Shown: piece by piece, positions 1 to 12,525 of the stretch
Layout of the letters: each line of letters starts with the position of its first letter
Numbering within the stretch: position 1 is the first letter of the stretch
Origin: Acidobacteriota bacterium
GTDB lineage: Bacteria > Acidobacteriota > Terriglobia > Acidiferrales > UBA7541
DNA length: 43,631 bases
NCBI GenBank assembly: GCA_003156635.1
Contig: PMHK01000147.1
Span: forward strand, 621-44,251
Direction: 5' to 3'
Notes under the pieces: model-generated
Database searches by the model: none
The model's input: only the letters and a program-made list of their open reading frames with translations
What the model was told of the DNA's origin: nothing
Position numbers and translations under genes: made by a program

Positions 1-2132
1 TGGGCAACAAACGATTTTCACTCGAAGGCAACACCTCGCTGTTGCTGGCGGTGGATGAGGTTCTCGAAGCGGCCGGCGAGCGCGGCGCGGTGGAGCTGGT
101 GATGGGTATGAGTCACCGCGGGCGCCTGAACGTCATCATTCATTTGGCCAAACGTCCGGCGGAACAGGTGTTTGCCGAATTTGAGGACGTGGATCCGCGC
201 AGCGTATTGGGCTCGGGTGACGTGAAGTACCACATGGGCGCGACCGGAAATTTCGTGACCGCCGACGGACGGAACGTGGCGATGCACCTGGTTTCGAATC
301 CGAGCCACCTGGAAGCGGTAGACCCGGTGGCGGTGGGACGCGCGCGAGCAAAACAGCAACGCGCGGGCGACACGGAACGAAAAAAGATTGTGCCGGTGAT
401 CATGCACGGCGACGCGGCGTTCGCCGGGCAGGGAATTCTGGCGGAAACGCTGAACATGTCCGGCGTCGAAGGATTTACGGTGGGGGGCTCGATTCACGTG
501 GTGGTGAATAATCTGATCGGGTTCACCACGATTCCGCGGGACTCACATTCGGCGCGATTCGCGACGGATCTGGCGCTGCGTTTGCCCGCGCCGATTTTTC
601 ATGTCAATGCCGAAGACCCGGAGGCAGTGGTGCGGGTGGGGCGGATGGCGCTGGATTACCGGGCGGCGTTTGGAACTCCGGTGGTTATCGATTTAATTGG
701 TTACCGGAAACACGGGCACAGCGAAGTGGACGATCCGACGATCACGCAGCCGCTGCGTTACCGGAAGATTCAAGACCGCGCGCCGCTGTGGCAGATTTAT
801 TCCGAGAAGATCGGAGTGGATGCCGAACCCATTGTGGCGCAAGTGCGCGAAGAAATGGATGCGGCGCAAAAACAGGCGCTGGAATTGGAAAAGACGCCGC
901 CGATGCGGCAGATGCCGGCGTACTGGGATGCGTATAGCGGCGGGCGGTACAAAGCGTCGTACGAAGTGGAAACCGGCGTAGGGAAAGAGGAGTTGGCGGA
1001 AATCGGCGAGGCGCTGGTGCGGTATCCCAGCGATTTTCACATTCACCCGAAAGTGAAGAAACTTTTGGAGCAGCGCGCCGAGATGGCGCAGGGCAAACGG
1101 GCTATCGATTACGGGATGGCGGAGGCGCTGGCTTTTGGTTCGCTGCTGAAGGAAGGCGTTCCGGTGCGGTTGAGCGGTCAGGACAGCCGACGCGGGACTT
1201 TCAACCAGCGGCATGCGGCGCTGATCGATATCGAAAACGAAACGGAATACGTGCCGCTGGAACATGTGGCGCCGGAAAAAGCGTGGTTTGAAGCTTTTAA
1301 CTCGACGCTGTCGGAAGCGTCGGTGCTGGGATTCGAATACGGTTTCAGCCGCGACTATCCGGAGGCGCTGGTTTTGTGGGAAGCGCAGTTCGGGGATTTT
1401 GCGAATGGCGGGCAGATCATCATCGACCAGTTTATTTCGGCGGGCGAAGACAAGTGGGCGTTGCTCGCAGGCGTGGTGATGCTACTGCCACACGGTTATG
1501 AAGGGCAAGGACCGGAACATTCCAGCGCGCGGATTGAGCGATTTTTGCAACTGGCGGCGCGAGACAATATGCAGGTGTGCCAGCCCTCGACCGCGGCGCA
1601 ATATTTTCATTTGCTGCGGCGGCAGGCGTTGCGGAAGTGGCGGAAGCCTTTGATCGTGTTTACGCCGAAAAGCATGCTGCGAAATCCGGTGGCGAGTTCG
1701 ACGATTGAGGATCTGGGAGCAGCGAGATTTCAAAATGTGATTCCCGATAGCGGGGATGGATCGGCGACGCGGGTATTGCTGTGCAGCGGGAAGATCGGGC
1801 ATGAATTGATCGCGGAGCGGAAACGGCGGAAGGACGATTCGACCGCGATTATTCTGGTGGAGCAGTTGTATCCCTTTCCGGAGGCGGAGCTGGCGGCGGA
1901 GCTGGATCGCTATACGAATGCGCGGGATTTTATCTGGGTACAGGAAGAGCCAGCGAACATGGGCGCGCTGTCGTACATGGTGCCGCATTTGGAGCGGCTG
2001 GCGCATGGACGCGGGGTGCTGACGGTGAAACGGTCGGCGAGCGCGAGTCCGGCGACGGGATCGCACAAGGCGCATGAGATGGAGCAGCATACGTTGATCG
2101 CGCTGGCGTTTGGTGGGGCGGAGAAGGCGTAG
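1..2132 (+). CDS. sucA: 2-oxoglutarate dehydrogenase E1 component, C-terminal ~710 aa (5' end outside window; codon phase starts at nt 3)
   Basis: The frame stays open to the window edge (nt 3 onward reads GNKRFSLEGNTSLL...). KRFSLEG, GMSHRGRLNV, HGDAAFAGQG and LLPHGYEGQGPEHSSARIERFLQL are characteristic OGDH E1 motifs. Stop TAG at 2130-2132. Confidence 0.9.
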   Translation, partial: GNKRFSLEGNTSLLLAVDEVLEAAGERGAVELVMGMSHRGRLNVIIHLAKRPAEQVFAEFEDVDPRSVLGSGDVKYHMGATGNFVTADGRNVAMHLVSNPSHLEAVDPVAVGRARAKQQRAGDTERKKIVPVIMHGDAAFAGQGILAETLNMSGVEGFTVGGSIHVVVNNLIGFTTIPRDSHSARFATDLALRLPAPIFHVNAEDPEAVVRVGRMALDYRAAFGTPVVIDLIGYRKHGHSEVDDPTITQPLRYRKIQDRAPLWQIYSEKIGVDAEPIVAQVREEMDAAQKQALELEKTPPMRQMPAYWDAYSGGRYKASYEVETGVGKEELAEIGEALVRYPSDFHIHPKVKKLLEQRAEMAQGKRAIDYGMAEALAFGSLLKEGVPVRLSGQDSRRGTFNQRHAALIDIENETEYVPLEHVAPEKAWFEAFNSTLSEASVLGFEYGFSRDYPEALVLWEAQFGDFANGGQIIIDQFISAGEDKWALLAGVVMLLPHGYEGQGPEHSSARIERFLQLAARDNMQVCQPSTAAQYFHLLRRQALRKWRKPLIVFTPKSMLRNPVASSTIEDLGAARFQNVIPDSGDGSATRVLLCSGKIGHELIAERKRRKDDSTAIILVEQLYPFPEAELAAELDRYTNARDFIWVQEEPANMGALSYMVPHLERLAHGRGVLTVKRSASASPATGSHKAHEMEQHTLIALAFGGAEKA

Positions 2133-2343
2133 GCCGGCGCGGCGCAATGTTTTACGCTCCGAATGCCGGGATGGCGGATCAGTCTGCAAGAGAGCGTCAA
2201 TCGAAGAGAGATCCCTCGTCGGGCTGAGAAGCGCTCTCTGTCGGGCTGACAACGAACCCCAAAGCCAGAATCAAAACCAACCCCGAGACAAACCCAACTA
2301 CGAAGTCCGTTCTTCAAATAAGCTGCTTCGACAGTAACTTCAT

Positions 2344-3465
2344 TTAGCGTGCTGCTGAGTTTTTTTCGAAACACCAGTGAACGAAATCAGCTTTGTAGGT
2401 GTCCACGACCGACGCGGGGATATCGGATTCGTTTAATTTGCGAAAGGTGAAGTCGATTTCGCCATTTGGTTTGGCGGTGGCGAGCAGGTAGCCGTAGACA
2501 TTGGTTTCGGCGGCTTTGGCTTCCGTTTTGTTGGGCGGAAGCGCATAGCGAATGGCGCCGGCCGTGCCGATGATCCAGCCGGGAAGAACCCCTCCGTTGT
2601 TACGCCAGTATTCGGTGTTGAAAATTCCGTCCATGTAGTAGTGCGAGTGGCTGGCGAGAACGTAGACGCGTTTGTGCGAATCGTTCTGGAGCGCGAGTAA
2701 GTCGCGATAGACGCGGCGGCCGGAAACGATTCCGGGCTCGGATTCGTCCATGGCGTGATTGGAAGAGATGCTGTCCGGAAGGGCTTCGTGCATGCCGACT
2801 ACGACAGTGTGGATGCTGGGATTTGCGGCGGCGAGTTTCAGAGTGCGTTCGAACCAGAGGACCTGGAGCGGATCGAAGGCGTCATCGGTGGCATTGTCGA
2901 GGCTGATGAAATCGATGCCACCTTGAATCCAGTGAAAATAAGCGACGAGTTTGTGATCATTTTTGTCGTCGGCGAGGCGTTGATCGCGCAGTACCGGGGT
3001 ATCGAGCCAGTCAGCGAATTGAATGAGGTACATTTCGCGGGTGTGGGGCCAGACCAGTTCGTGATTTCCAATGCCGAGAAAAACCGGAGTGGGTGCGAAG
3101 GTGGCGATCTGGTTTTGCAGAAAATCATCCCAGGCGGTGGCGAGGTAAGTACTGATGCTGAGCGGGCTGGCGATGTTTTTCGGCTGGTGCTGCATGTCTT
3201 CATCGAAGTCGGAGAGCTTGCGGAAATCGCCGAGGTGCCAGTAGAAGCCGGCGTGGTCTTTGGCCACTTCGGCGGCGATGGCGGGCATGGTGACGTCGCC
3301 GCAATTGCGGGAATCGCCGGAAACAGCGAAATTCCAGGGGACTGATGGCGTTTCCGCCGCGGCGCTGGAGGGTGACGGGGTGGATTGCGCGGAGGCGATT
3401 GGCGACAGGCCTACGCCGAGCAGAAAACTTAAAGCGGCGAGAGAGCGTAGCACGAGCTGCTTCAT
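2344..3465 (-). CDS. secreted calcineurin-like metallophosphoesterase
   Basis: ORF 2344..3801 trimmed to the ATG at 3463-3465. This start gives a signal peptide (MKQLVLRSLAALSFLLGVGLSPIASAQ) and has GGAGG (3473-3477, minus strand) 7 nt upstream. Motifs GDSRNCGD, HLGDF, GIGNHE, GMHE and SHSH match the metallophosphatase fold. Confidence 0.8.
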   Translation of the reverse strand: MKQLVLRSLAALSFLLGVGLSPIASAQSTPSPSSAAAETPSVPWNFAVSGDSRNCGDVTMPAIAAEVAKDHAGFYWHLGDFRKLSDFDEDMQHQPKNIASPLSISTYLATAWDDFLQNQIATFAPTPVFLGIGNHELVWPHTREMYLIQFADWLDTPVLRDQRLADDKNDHKLVAYFHWIQGGIDFISLDNATDDAFDPLQVLWFERTLKLAAANPSIHTVVVGMHEALPDSISSNHAMDESEPGIVSGRRVYRDLLALQNDSHKRVYVLASHSHYYMDGIFNTEYWRNNGGVLPGWIIGTAGAIRYALPPNKTEAKAAETNVYGYLLATAKPNGEIDFTFRKLNESDIPASVVDTYKADFVHWCFEKNSAAR

Positions 3466-3648
3466 CAAGCTTCCTCCGAGGAGGCACGACGGTTTTTTGC
3501 GACGGCGATCCAAAGCGAAGACACAATGTATCACTCGTCGCCGAAAAACAGACAGGCGGCAAGCGCAATTGTGTGGGAATTTCTCGGAAGTTCGCTTACA
3601 TTTCTGGCGCGTGCATGACGCGACGTTTCTGGACACTGAGGGGCTACG

Positions 3649-4785
3649 GTGAAAATTGAACCGTTTGAGCTGGAGCGCTGGCAATCGGTTTGGGAAAACA
3701 AAGTGGAGCTCAACATTTCGGAGAGCGGTGTGCACCCGCTGACCACGGCGGAACTGGTTCCGGACGTGGAGCAGCTCAAGAAAATTCTGGATGTTCAGCA
3801 ATTGTATCCACAGACCAACGGCAGCGAGGAATTGCGGACGCGGATTGCGGAGCTGTATCCGGGCGCGAAGATGGAAAACGTGCTGGTGACTTCGGGAGGG
3901 TCGGAGGCGAATTACGTTTCGACCTGGGGATTGATCGAGCCGGGCGATGAAGTGTTGTTCATGATGCCGAACTACATGCAGATCGCGGGATTGGCGCGGG
4001 GATTTGGGGCGACGGTGAAGTCGCTCTGGCTGCGCGAATCGCTGGATTGGGGAATTAATGTGGACGATTTGCCGCGGCTGGTGACGGCCAAGACGAAAAT
4101 CATCGCGATCTGCAATCCGAGCAACCCGACCGGCGCGGTGCTGCGCGAGGATATGCGCGCGGCGATTTTGGCGGCGGCGGAAAAAGTCGGGGCCTGGGTA
4201 ATTTCGGATGAGGTGTATCGCGGCGCGGAATTCGATGGGGAAATGACGGCGACGATGTGGGGCGGTTACGAGCGGGTGCTGGCGACGGCGGGACTTTCAA
4301 AGGCTTACAGCTTGCCGGGGCTGCGCACCGGTTGGGTGGTGGGGCCGGCAAAGATCATCGAGAAATTGTGGAGTTATCATGACTACACCAGCATCAGCCC
4401 ATCGATGCTGACGGACCGGCTGGCGTCGGCGGCGCTGGAGCCGGCGCGGCGGGCGTGGATATTGAACCGGACGCGAGAGGCGGTGCGGGCGAATTATCCG
4501 GCGTTGCAAAAATGGCTGGCCGATCGAGGCGATATTTTTTCGCATGTGGCGCCGAAGGCCGGCGCGATTGCGTGGGCCGGGCTGCGGGACGGACGAGATT
4601 CGGCGAAGATGGCCGAGGAGCTGCGCGTGCAGAAAAGTGTGTTGCTGGTGGCGGGCGAGCAGATGGGGATGGAATCGTTTGTCCGATTCGGATTCGGCGG
4701 TGATCAGGGACATTTGCAGAAAGCACTAGGGCGAATTGACGAATACCTACAAGAGACGCAGGGCTGGCAGAGCCGGTCGGCTTAA
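3649..4785 (+). CDS. PLP-dependent aminotransferase, class I/II fold
   Basis: GTG start preceded by GAGGGG. The N-terminus FELERWQSVWENKVELNISESGVHPL and the PLP-lysine context LSKAYSLPGLRTGW are typical of class I/II aminotransferases. Substrate not assignable. Confidence 0.8.
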   Translation: MKIEPFELERWQSVWENKVELNISESGVHPLTTAELVPDVEQLKKILDVQQLYPQTNGSEELRTRIAELYPGAKMENVLVTSGGSEANYVSTWGLIEPGDEVLFMMPNYMQIAGLARGFGATVKSLWLRESLDWGINVDDLPRLVTAKTKIIAICNPSNPTGAVLREDMRAAILAAAEKVGAWVISDEVYRGAEFDGEMTATMWGGYERVLATAGLSKAYSLPGLRTGWVVGPAKIIEKLWSYHDYTSISPSMLTDRLASAALEPARRAWILNRTREAVRANYPALQKWLADRGDIFSHVAPKAGAIAWAGLRDGRDSAKMAEELRVQKSVLLVAGEQMGMESFVRFGFGGDQGHLQKALGRIDEYLQETQGWQSRSA

Positions 4786-4845
4786 AATTTCCACACTTAA
4801 CGTTTTTAACTTTTTTACAATTGGCGATTCGTGGGCTCGGGTTCG

Positions 4846-4875
4846 TTGACTTGGACTTGCGGGCGGCCATAAACT
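4846..4875 (+). promoter_or_regulatory. candidate sigma70-type promoter for the histidine kinase gene
   Basis: TTGACT (4846-4851), an 18-nt spacer, then TAAACT (4870-4875), about 30 nt upstream of the ATG at 4907. It lies in the AT-richer spacer after the aminotransferase stop. Sequence match only. Confidence 0.3.
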
Positions 4876-4906
4876 TACGCGCAGCCGAGGCGAGAACACT
4901 CCTGCC

Positions 4907-8397
<3,491 letters not shown>

Positions 8398-8401
<4 letters not shown>

Positions 8402-9234
8402 CGCGCATATTGATTGCTGACGACGACCGCACCACGCGATTGCTGCTTTCCGAGACGCTCCGCGCACAGAAATTCACGGTGGTGTCGGTGGCGGATGGAG
8501 CGGCGGCGCTGAAGAAGTTGAAGGCCGGGAAGTTCGATCTGGCGCTGCTGGACGTGTGGATGCCGAAAATGAACGGGCTGGAGGTGCTCTCGAAGCTGCG
8601 CAACGTGAAGAACCGGCCGAAGATCATCGTGATGACTTCGGATGACACGCCGGAAACGTTGCTGAGCGCGATTCGGGAAGAGGCGTACACCTATGTGGCG
8701 AAACCGGTGGACCCGCAGGCCCTGACCGGGCTGGTAAAGGAAACTTTAGCGAAGCAGCCGGGGCAGCGAACGATCGAGGTGGTTTCGGCTACGCCCACCT
8801 GGGTAGAACTGGTGGTGCCGTGCTCGCTGGAAGAAGCAGAGCGAATCGAAGCGTTCATGGCACATTTCAAGAGCGGATTACCGGAGGACGTGCGGCGGGC
8901 GGTGGGGCAGGCATTTCACGAGTTGCTGCTGAATGCGGTGGAGTGGGGCGGGAAACTCGATCCGAACCGGAAAGTGCGGATATCGTATTTGCGCGCGAAG
9001 AAAATGTTGATGTACCGGATCGCCGATCCGGGGACTGGATTTAAATTCGCCGACCTGGAACACGCGGCGATTTCGCACATGCCCGATGAGCCGACCAAAC
9101 ATGACCAGATCCGGCAGGATAAAGGATTGCGGCCGGGCGGGTTTGGGCTTTTGCTGACGCAGGCGACGGTGGACGAGCTGATTTACAACGAGAAACAAAA
9201 CGAAGTGGTTTTCGTAAAATATTTGACGGAGTAA
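8398..9234 (+). CDS. response regulator: REC domain fused to an RsbW/SpoIIAB-like (HATPase_c_2-type) serine kinase / anti-sigma domain
   Basis: The ATG overlaps the kinase stop (ATGA at 8398-8401). REC motifs: [26 protein letters not shown]. The C-terminal half has an N-box-like [12 protein letters not shown], a G1-like IADPGTGF and a G2-like PGGFGLLL, as in RsbW-type kinases. Confidence 0.8.
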
Positions 9235-9388
9235 CGGCGCTGGTCAAACGTGAGCCGTCACGAATGAAACGCTCCTATCCCCTGGGACGAGTTGTCGACC
9301 TGTCAGCGTTTTCCTCGGCTTTACCGATTGGGTATTTGGGCGCCCGTGCGACGGCCCTATGTGCTAGATTCGAGATTCGGCCAAACCG

Positions 9389-9970
9389 ATGAAGACACTG
9401 GTCCTATTCTCGCTGGTTGTCGCGTGTTTGCTGGTTCTGGTGGTGTTCGTGCTGCCTCGGACGCCGCCGAACGAGCCCGCGCAACCGCCGGCTGCGACTG
9501 CCGCGCCGGTGTGGAACGCGTCGGCGGTGCAAAGCAGTTTTGCGGGCGTGCAAGTGAAAGAAGTGGACGCGACGCACGCTGCGCTGATTTTTTCGTACGA
9601 CCTCGACAACAATACGGACGTGGATTACCGGTTGGCGAAAGGCCCGGCGACGGTGGTGATGACTCGTTTGAAATCGAGCGGCAGCGTAAGTTCGGAGGAG
9701 CCGGTGGAGCTGGATAGTTCCGTTTTTCTTCCGGCGCGAAACCGGACGCGTATCGCGGTGGAGGTCACACGCAATTTCAATTGGCCCACCGGGCTGCCGG
9801 GCACGCAAATCGGGCCGGTGAATCAGGAAAAATTCAGAGGGTTGGTGGCGCAAGAAGTCGCGAACCTGAGCGGCTTTGTGGTATTCGACCAGGCGACACA
9901 TTTTCAAATTGAACTGCCCGGCGGATGGCCGGAGCTATCCGCCGGGAACACGGTTCCCGGGGGGTTTTAG
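9389..9970 (+). CDS. hypothetical N-terminally membrane-anchored / exported protein
   Basis: Hydrophobic N-terminus MKTLVLFSLVVACLLVLVVFVL followed by a Pro/Ala-rich spacer. Same strand as, and between, the RR and PilZ-TonB genes. I recognise no family. Confidence 0.55.
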   Translation: MKTLVLFSLVVACLLVLVVFVLPRTPPNEPAQPPAATAAPVWNASAVQSSFAGVQVKEVDATHAALIFSYDLDNNTDVDYRLAKGPATVVMTRLKSSGSVSSEEPVELDSSVFLPARNRTRIAVEVTRNFNWPTGLPGTQIGPVNQEKFRGLVAQEVANLSGFVVFDQATHFQIELPGGWPELSAGNTVPGGF

Positions 9971-10096
9971 GGCCGGCATTCGCGCCGGTGAATGCTTAGG
10001 GAACAAGTATTTCTGCGTTTCGTTGTGGGTGCTGAGACGCGAGGGTATACTTTTTGAAATGAGGTTCGCTGCGATCCCGCTCGCGGCCATTTAGGC

Positions 10097-11998
10097 ATGG
10101 CTGACAACCCCGAAAAATCCGGCAATGCGCGTCCTGAGAAGGACCGGCGGCGTCACGCGCGACAGAGAATCCACTCGCTTTCCTACGTAAAGATGGGGGA
10201 TTCGAACGGCGGAATCGTCCTGAACATCAGCGAGGGCGGAATTTCGGTGCAGGCGGTAGCGATGCTGGATCCGAGCGAGCCGGTCACGCTGTCACTGGAA
10301 ATTCCACGGGTCCGGCAGCGGGCAGAAGTGAACGGCGAAATTGCCTGGCTGAGCGCGTCGAAAAAAGAGGCGGGGATACGGTTCGTCGATTTGCCGGAAA
10401 GCACGCTGAAGCAGATTCAGAAATGGATGGCGCGGGAAGCGTCGCCGGAACAGTTTGAAGACGAGACCGATCCGGTGGAAGAAGAGCGAGAGACGCCGGT
10501 GACAGTTGCAGCGGCTAAATCGCCGGCGGTTGAAGGAGCAGTGATCGAAGCTGCGGTGGTGGAAGCCGCGCAGGACGACGGGCCGGATGCTCGCGAGCTG
10601 AGTGAAGCGAACATCATGAGCGCGGACGAGATCAAGAGGCTGGCGTCGGAGCAGAAGGCTGAGCAGCGAACGGCGGTGGCGGAGAGCGAAGAAGAAATCG
10701 AGCAAGAAATTCAAGAGGAAGCCGGTACCGAGGATGAAGATGAGACCGAAGTTGCCGACGCAGCAGAGGTTGCTGCGAACTTCGACAAGGAGAACGAAGA
10801 GGAAAGCGACATCGAAGAAGAAGCTGAGGTGGAACAGCTCGCTGCGCAAAATGCAAAGGCGGGCGCTGACATCGAAGCAGTCGAGGAACGGGACACGAAG
10901 GTCGAATCCAGTGACGAGGGCCAGACGGACGAGGAGCCAGAAAACGAAGACGAACTGATTCAGGCATTCGGGCCGCCGGTAGTGCCGTTCGAGCGGCGAC
11001 CGAATATGCCGCTTTCGTCGATGAACGCCCTGGCGGGTGGTGCGCGTAGTGCGCAGAACCTGGCGATTGCTCCGGCGCTGCTACATGACGTGCAAAAACC
11101 TTTCGTGGAATCGTACGTGGCCCCGCAGGAACCCGCACCCGAATCGGGGTGGAAAGTTTTCACGATTCAATTGCAGACTGGATGGTTTCTGGCTGCGCTG
11201 GTGTTGCTGCTGGCGCTGATTTCGTTTATTGCGGGCATGGCGGTGCGGCGCGGAGCGTTGAATGGGGTCATGGGCGAACAACAAGACTCACTGGTTCCCC
11301 GGAGCGCGGCGGCGCCTGGCGCGATTCCGCACGTGACACCGCCGACGAGCGGAAGCGCAGTGGATGGAACGAACGCGGCGGCGAAACCGCTGTCGATCGA
11401 GATTGTGGATTTGTCCAACCATCGCTGGGTGATTCCGGCCAGCACGGGAATGAACCGCGCGAACGTCGCACAGCCAGCGGAGACGGACGGCAGCTCCGCC
11501 GCGGGGGCCGCGACTTCGGCGAAGGCGAATGCGGAGCCGTCGCAAGGTGGCGCGACTGGAGGCGGCGTGGCAACAGCGAACCTGGCCACGAATGCAGAAA
11601 AAACCGGAGTGCCGTTGGTTTTGAGTTTGCCGGAAACTCCGATCAGCGCAACCGGTTCAGTCGCGATCAGCTCGCAGCGATCGGTTCCGGTGCCGGCGGA
11701 TGGATCGAAAGCCGCACAAAATGGAAGAAACCTCCAGGTGGGGCAACTGCTCAATTTGGTGGAACCGGTTTATCCGGCGGAAGCGGTACAGCAAAAAATC
11801 GAAGGTACGGTGAAGCTGCACGCAGTAATCGGAGCCGACGGCGCGATCGAAAGTTTGGCGCAAGTGAGCGGGCCGCAGGTGCTGGTGAATGCTTCGATGA
11901 GCGCGGTGCACAATTGGAAATACAGTCCGACGCGGATGAACGGGCAGGCGATCGAGACGCAGGAAGACATCAGCTTTGTTTTCCGGCTGCCGAACTAG
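10097..11998 (+). CDS. PilZ domain - acidic linker - single TM - TonB C-terminal domain protein
   Basis: PilZ motifs RRRHAR (RxxxR) and NISEGG (D/NxSxxG) lie within aa 17-50. An E/D/A-rich low-complexity stretch spans about nt 10439-10970. TM segment WFLAALVLLLALISFIAGMAV at about nt 11180-11245. The C-terminus VEPVYPAEAVQQKIEGTVKLHAVIGADGAIESLAQVSGPQVLVNASMSAVHNWKYSPTRMNGQAIE is a typical TonB_C domain. Confidence 0.85.
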   Translation: MADNPEKSGNARPEKDRRRHARQRIHSLSYVKMGDSNGGIVLNISEGGISVQAVAMLDPSEPVTLSLEIPRVRQRAEVNGEIAWLSASKKEAGIRFVDLPESTLKQIQKWMAREASPEQFEDETDPVEEERETPVTVAAAKSPAVEGAVIEAAVVEAAQDDGPDARELSEANIMSADEIKRLASEQKAEQRTAVAESEEEIEQEIQEEAGTEDEDETEVADAAEVAANFDKENEEESDIEEEAEVEQLAAQNAKAGADIEAVEERDTKVESSDEGQTDEEPENEDELIQAFGPPVVPFERRPNMPLSSMNALAGGARSAQNLAIAPALLHDVQKPFVESYVAPQEPAPESGWKVFTIQLQTGWFLAALVLLLALISFIAGMAVRRGALNGVMGEQQDSLVPRSAAAPGAIPHVTPPTSGSAVDGTNAAAKPLSIEIVDLSNHRWVIPASTGMNRANVAQPAETDGSSAAGAATSAKANAEPSQGGATGGGVATANLATNAEKTGVPLVLSLPETPISATGSVAISSQRSVPVPADGSKAAQNGRNLQVGQLLNLVEPVYPAEAVQQKIEGTVKLHAVIGADGAIESLAQVSGPQVLVNASMSAVHNWKYSPTRMNGQAIETQEDISFVFRLPN

Positions 11999-12078
11999 AA
12001 TCGTAACGCTAATGCAACATGGTTGACGGTCGCGCATCGCGACGGTTAGGATGACTGCGGTTTTATCTGGAGGAAATC

Positions 12079-12276
12079 ATGGCTAAGAAAACCAGATTGA
12101 CGAAAGTGGCGACGAGCATTGGCGCGGCGGTGGGCCGAGCGGATCGGACGGCGCATAAGATGGCCAAGGCCGGAGCGCTGGCGAAGAAGGAACTCGACGC
12201 GCTGGCCAAGGATGTGGCGGCGCTGAAGCGCCGGCTGGAAAAGGCGACGGGGCATCTGCGTCACGCGCTGAAGTAG
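12079..12276 (+). CDS. small basic, predicted all-helical protein (65 aa), function unknown
   Basis: ATG preceded by GGAGGA about 5 nt upstream (12068-12073). K/R/A-rich heptad-like sequence (AKKELDALAKDVAALKRRLEKA). Two hairpins follow the stop. Confidence 0.55.
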   Translation: MAKKTRLTKVATSIGAAVGRADRTAHKMAKAGALAKKELDALAKDVAALKRRLEKATGHLRHALK

Positions 12277-12333
12277 CGGTAGCGCCGAAGCCGGCGCTTG
12301 GGGCATGAGCTGAAGAGTTTCGGCTTGAGTTAG

Positions 12334-12362
12334 GCCTGCTTCGCCGGAATGGAAGCAGGCTT
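12334..12362 (+). terminator. hairpin downstream of the 65-aa gene (possible weak terminator)
   Basis: GCCTGCTTC (12334-12342) pairs with GAAGCAGGC (12352-12360): 9-bp stem, 9-nt loop. It is followed by TTGAGGTGGGCTTTT, so there is no clean U-tract. Confidence 0.3.
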
Positions 12363-12525
12363 GAGGTGGGCTTTTCCAAAGATTTTGTTGCGGCAGTGTC
12401 GCACGTATCGTATCCTTCCGCGTTGTACCGGCAGTCCTCCCCGTGTACTCCAGATCGTGATATCCCGCTTGGATCTTTTTGCCTGAAGGGATGCTTGTGC
12501 TTGAAGCGAGGGGACCTAAGCTCGA

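Noticed and set aside
2189-2305. 8-bp inverted repeat AGAGAGCG/CGCTCTCT, 10-nt direct repeat GTCGGGCTGA (2218-2227 and 2240-2249), and an A/C-rich tract in the convergent sucA / phosphoesterase spacer
   Set aside because: The repeats are short, the inverted repeat has a ~34-nt loop, and there is no U-tract. This is consistent with chance or weak 3'-UTR structure, and nothing points to a mobile element or RNA gene.
3466-3801. 112-codon N-terminal extension of the metallophosphoesterase ORF (similar extensions occur at 18889-19101, 27880-27969, 34074-34355, 35906-36082, 37266-37553 and 39209-39457)
   Set aside because: In each case an internal start gives a proper signal peptide or the conserved family N-terminus, usually with an SD. 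The extensions are Arg/Cys/Pro-rich, run into neighbouring promoters or genes, and look non-coding.
10439-10970. Acidic region of the PilZ-TonB gene as a tandem DNA repeat or contingency locus
   Set aside because: The amino-acid composition is biased (E/D/A), but the nucleotide sequence shows no regular repeat unit. It is a low-complexity linker rather than a repeat array.
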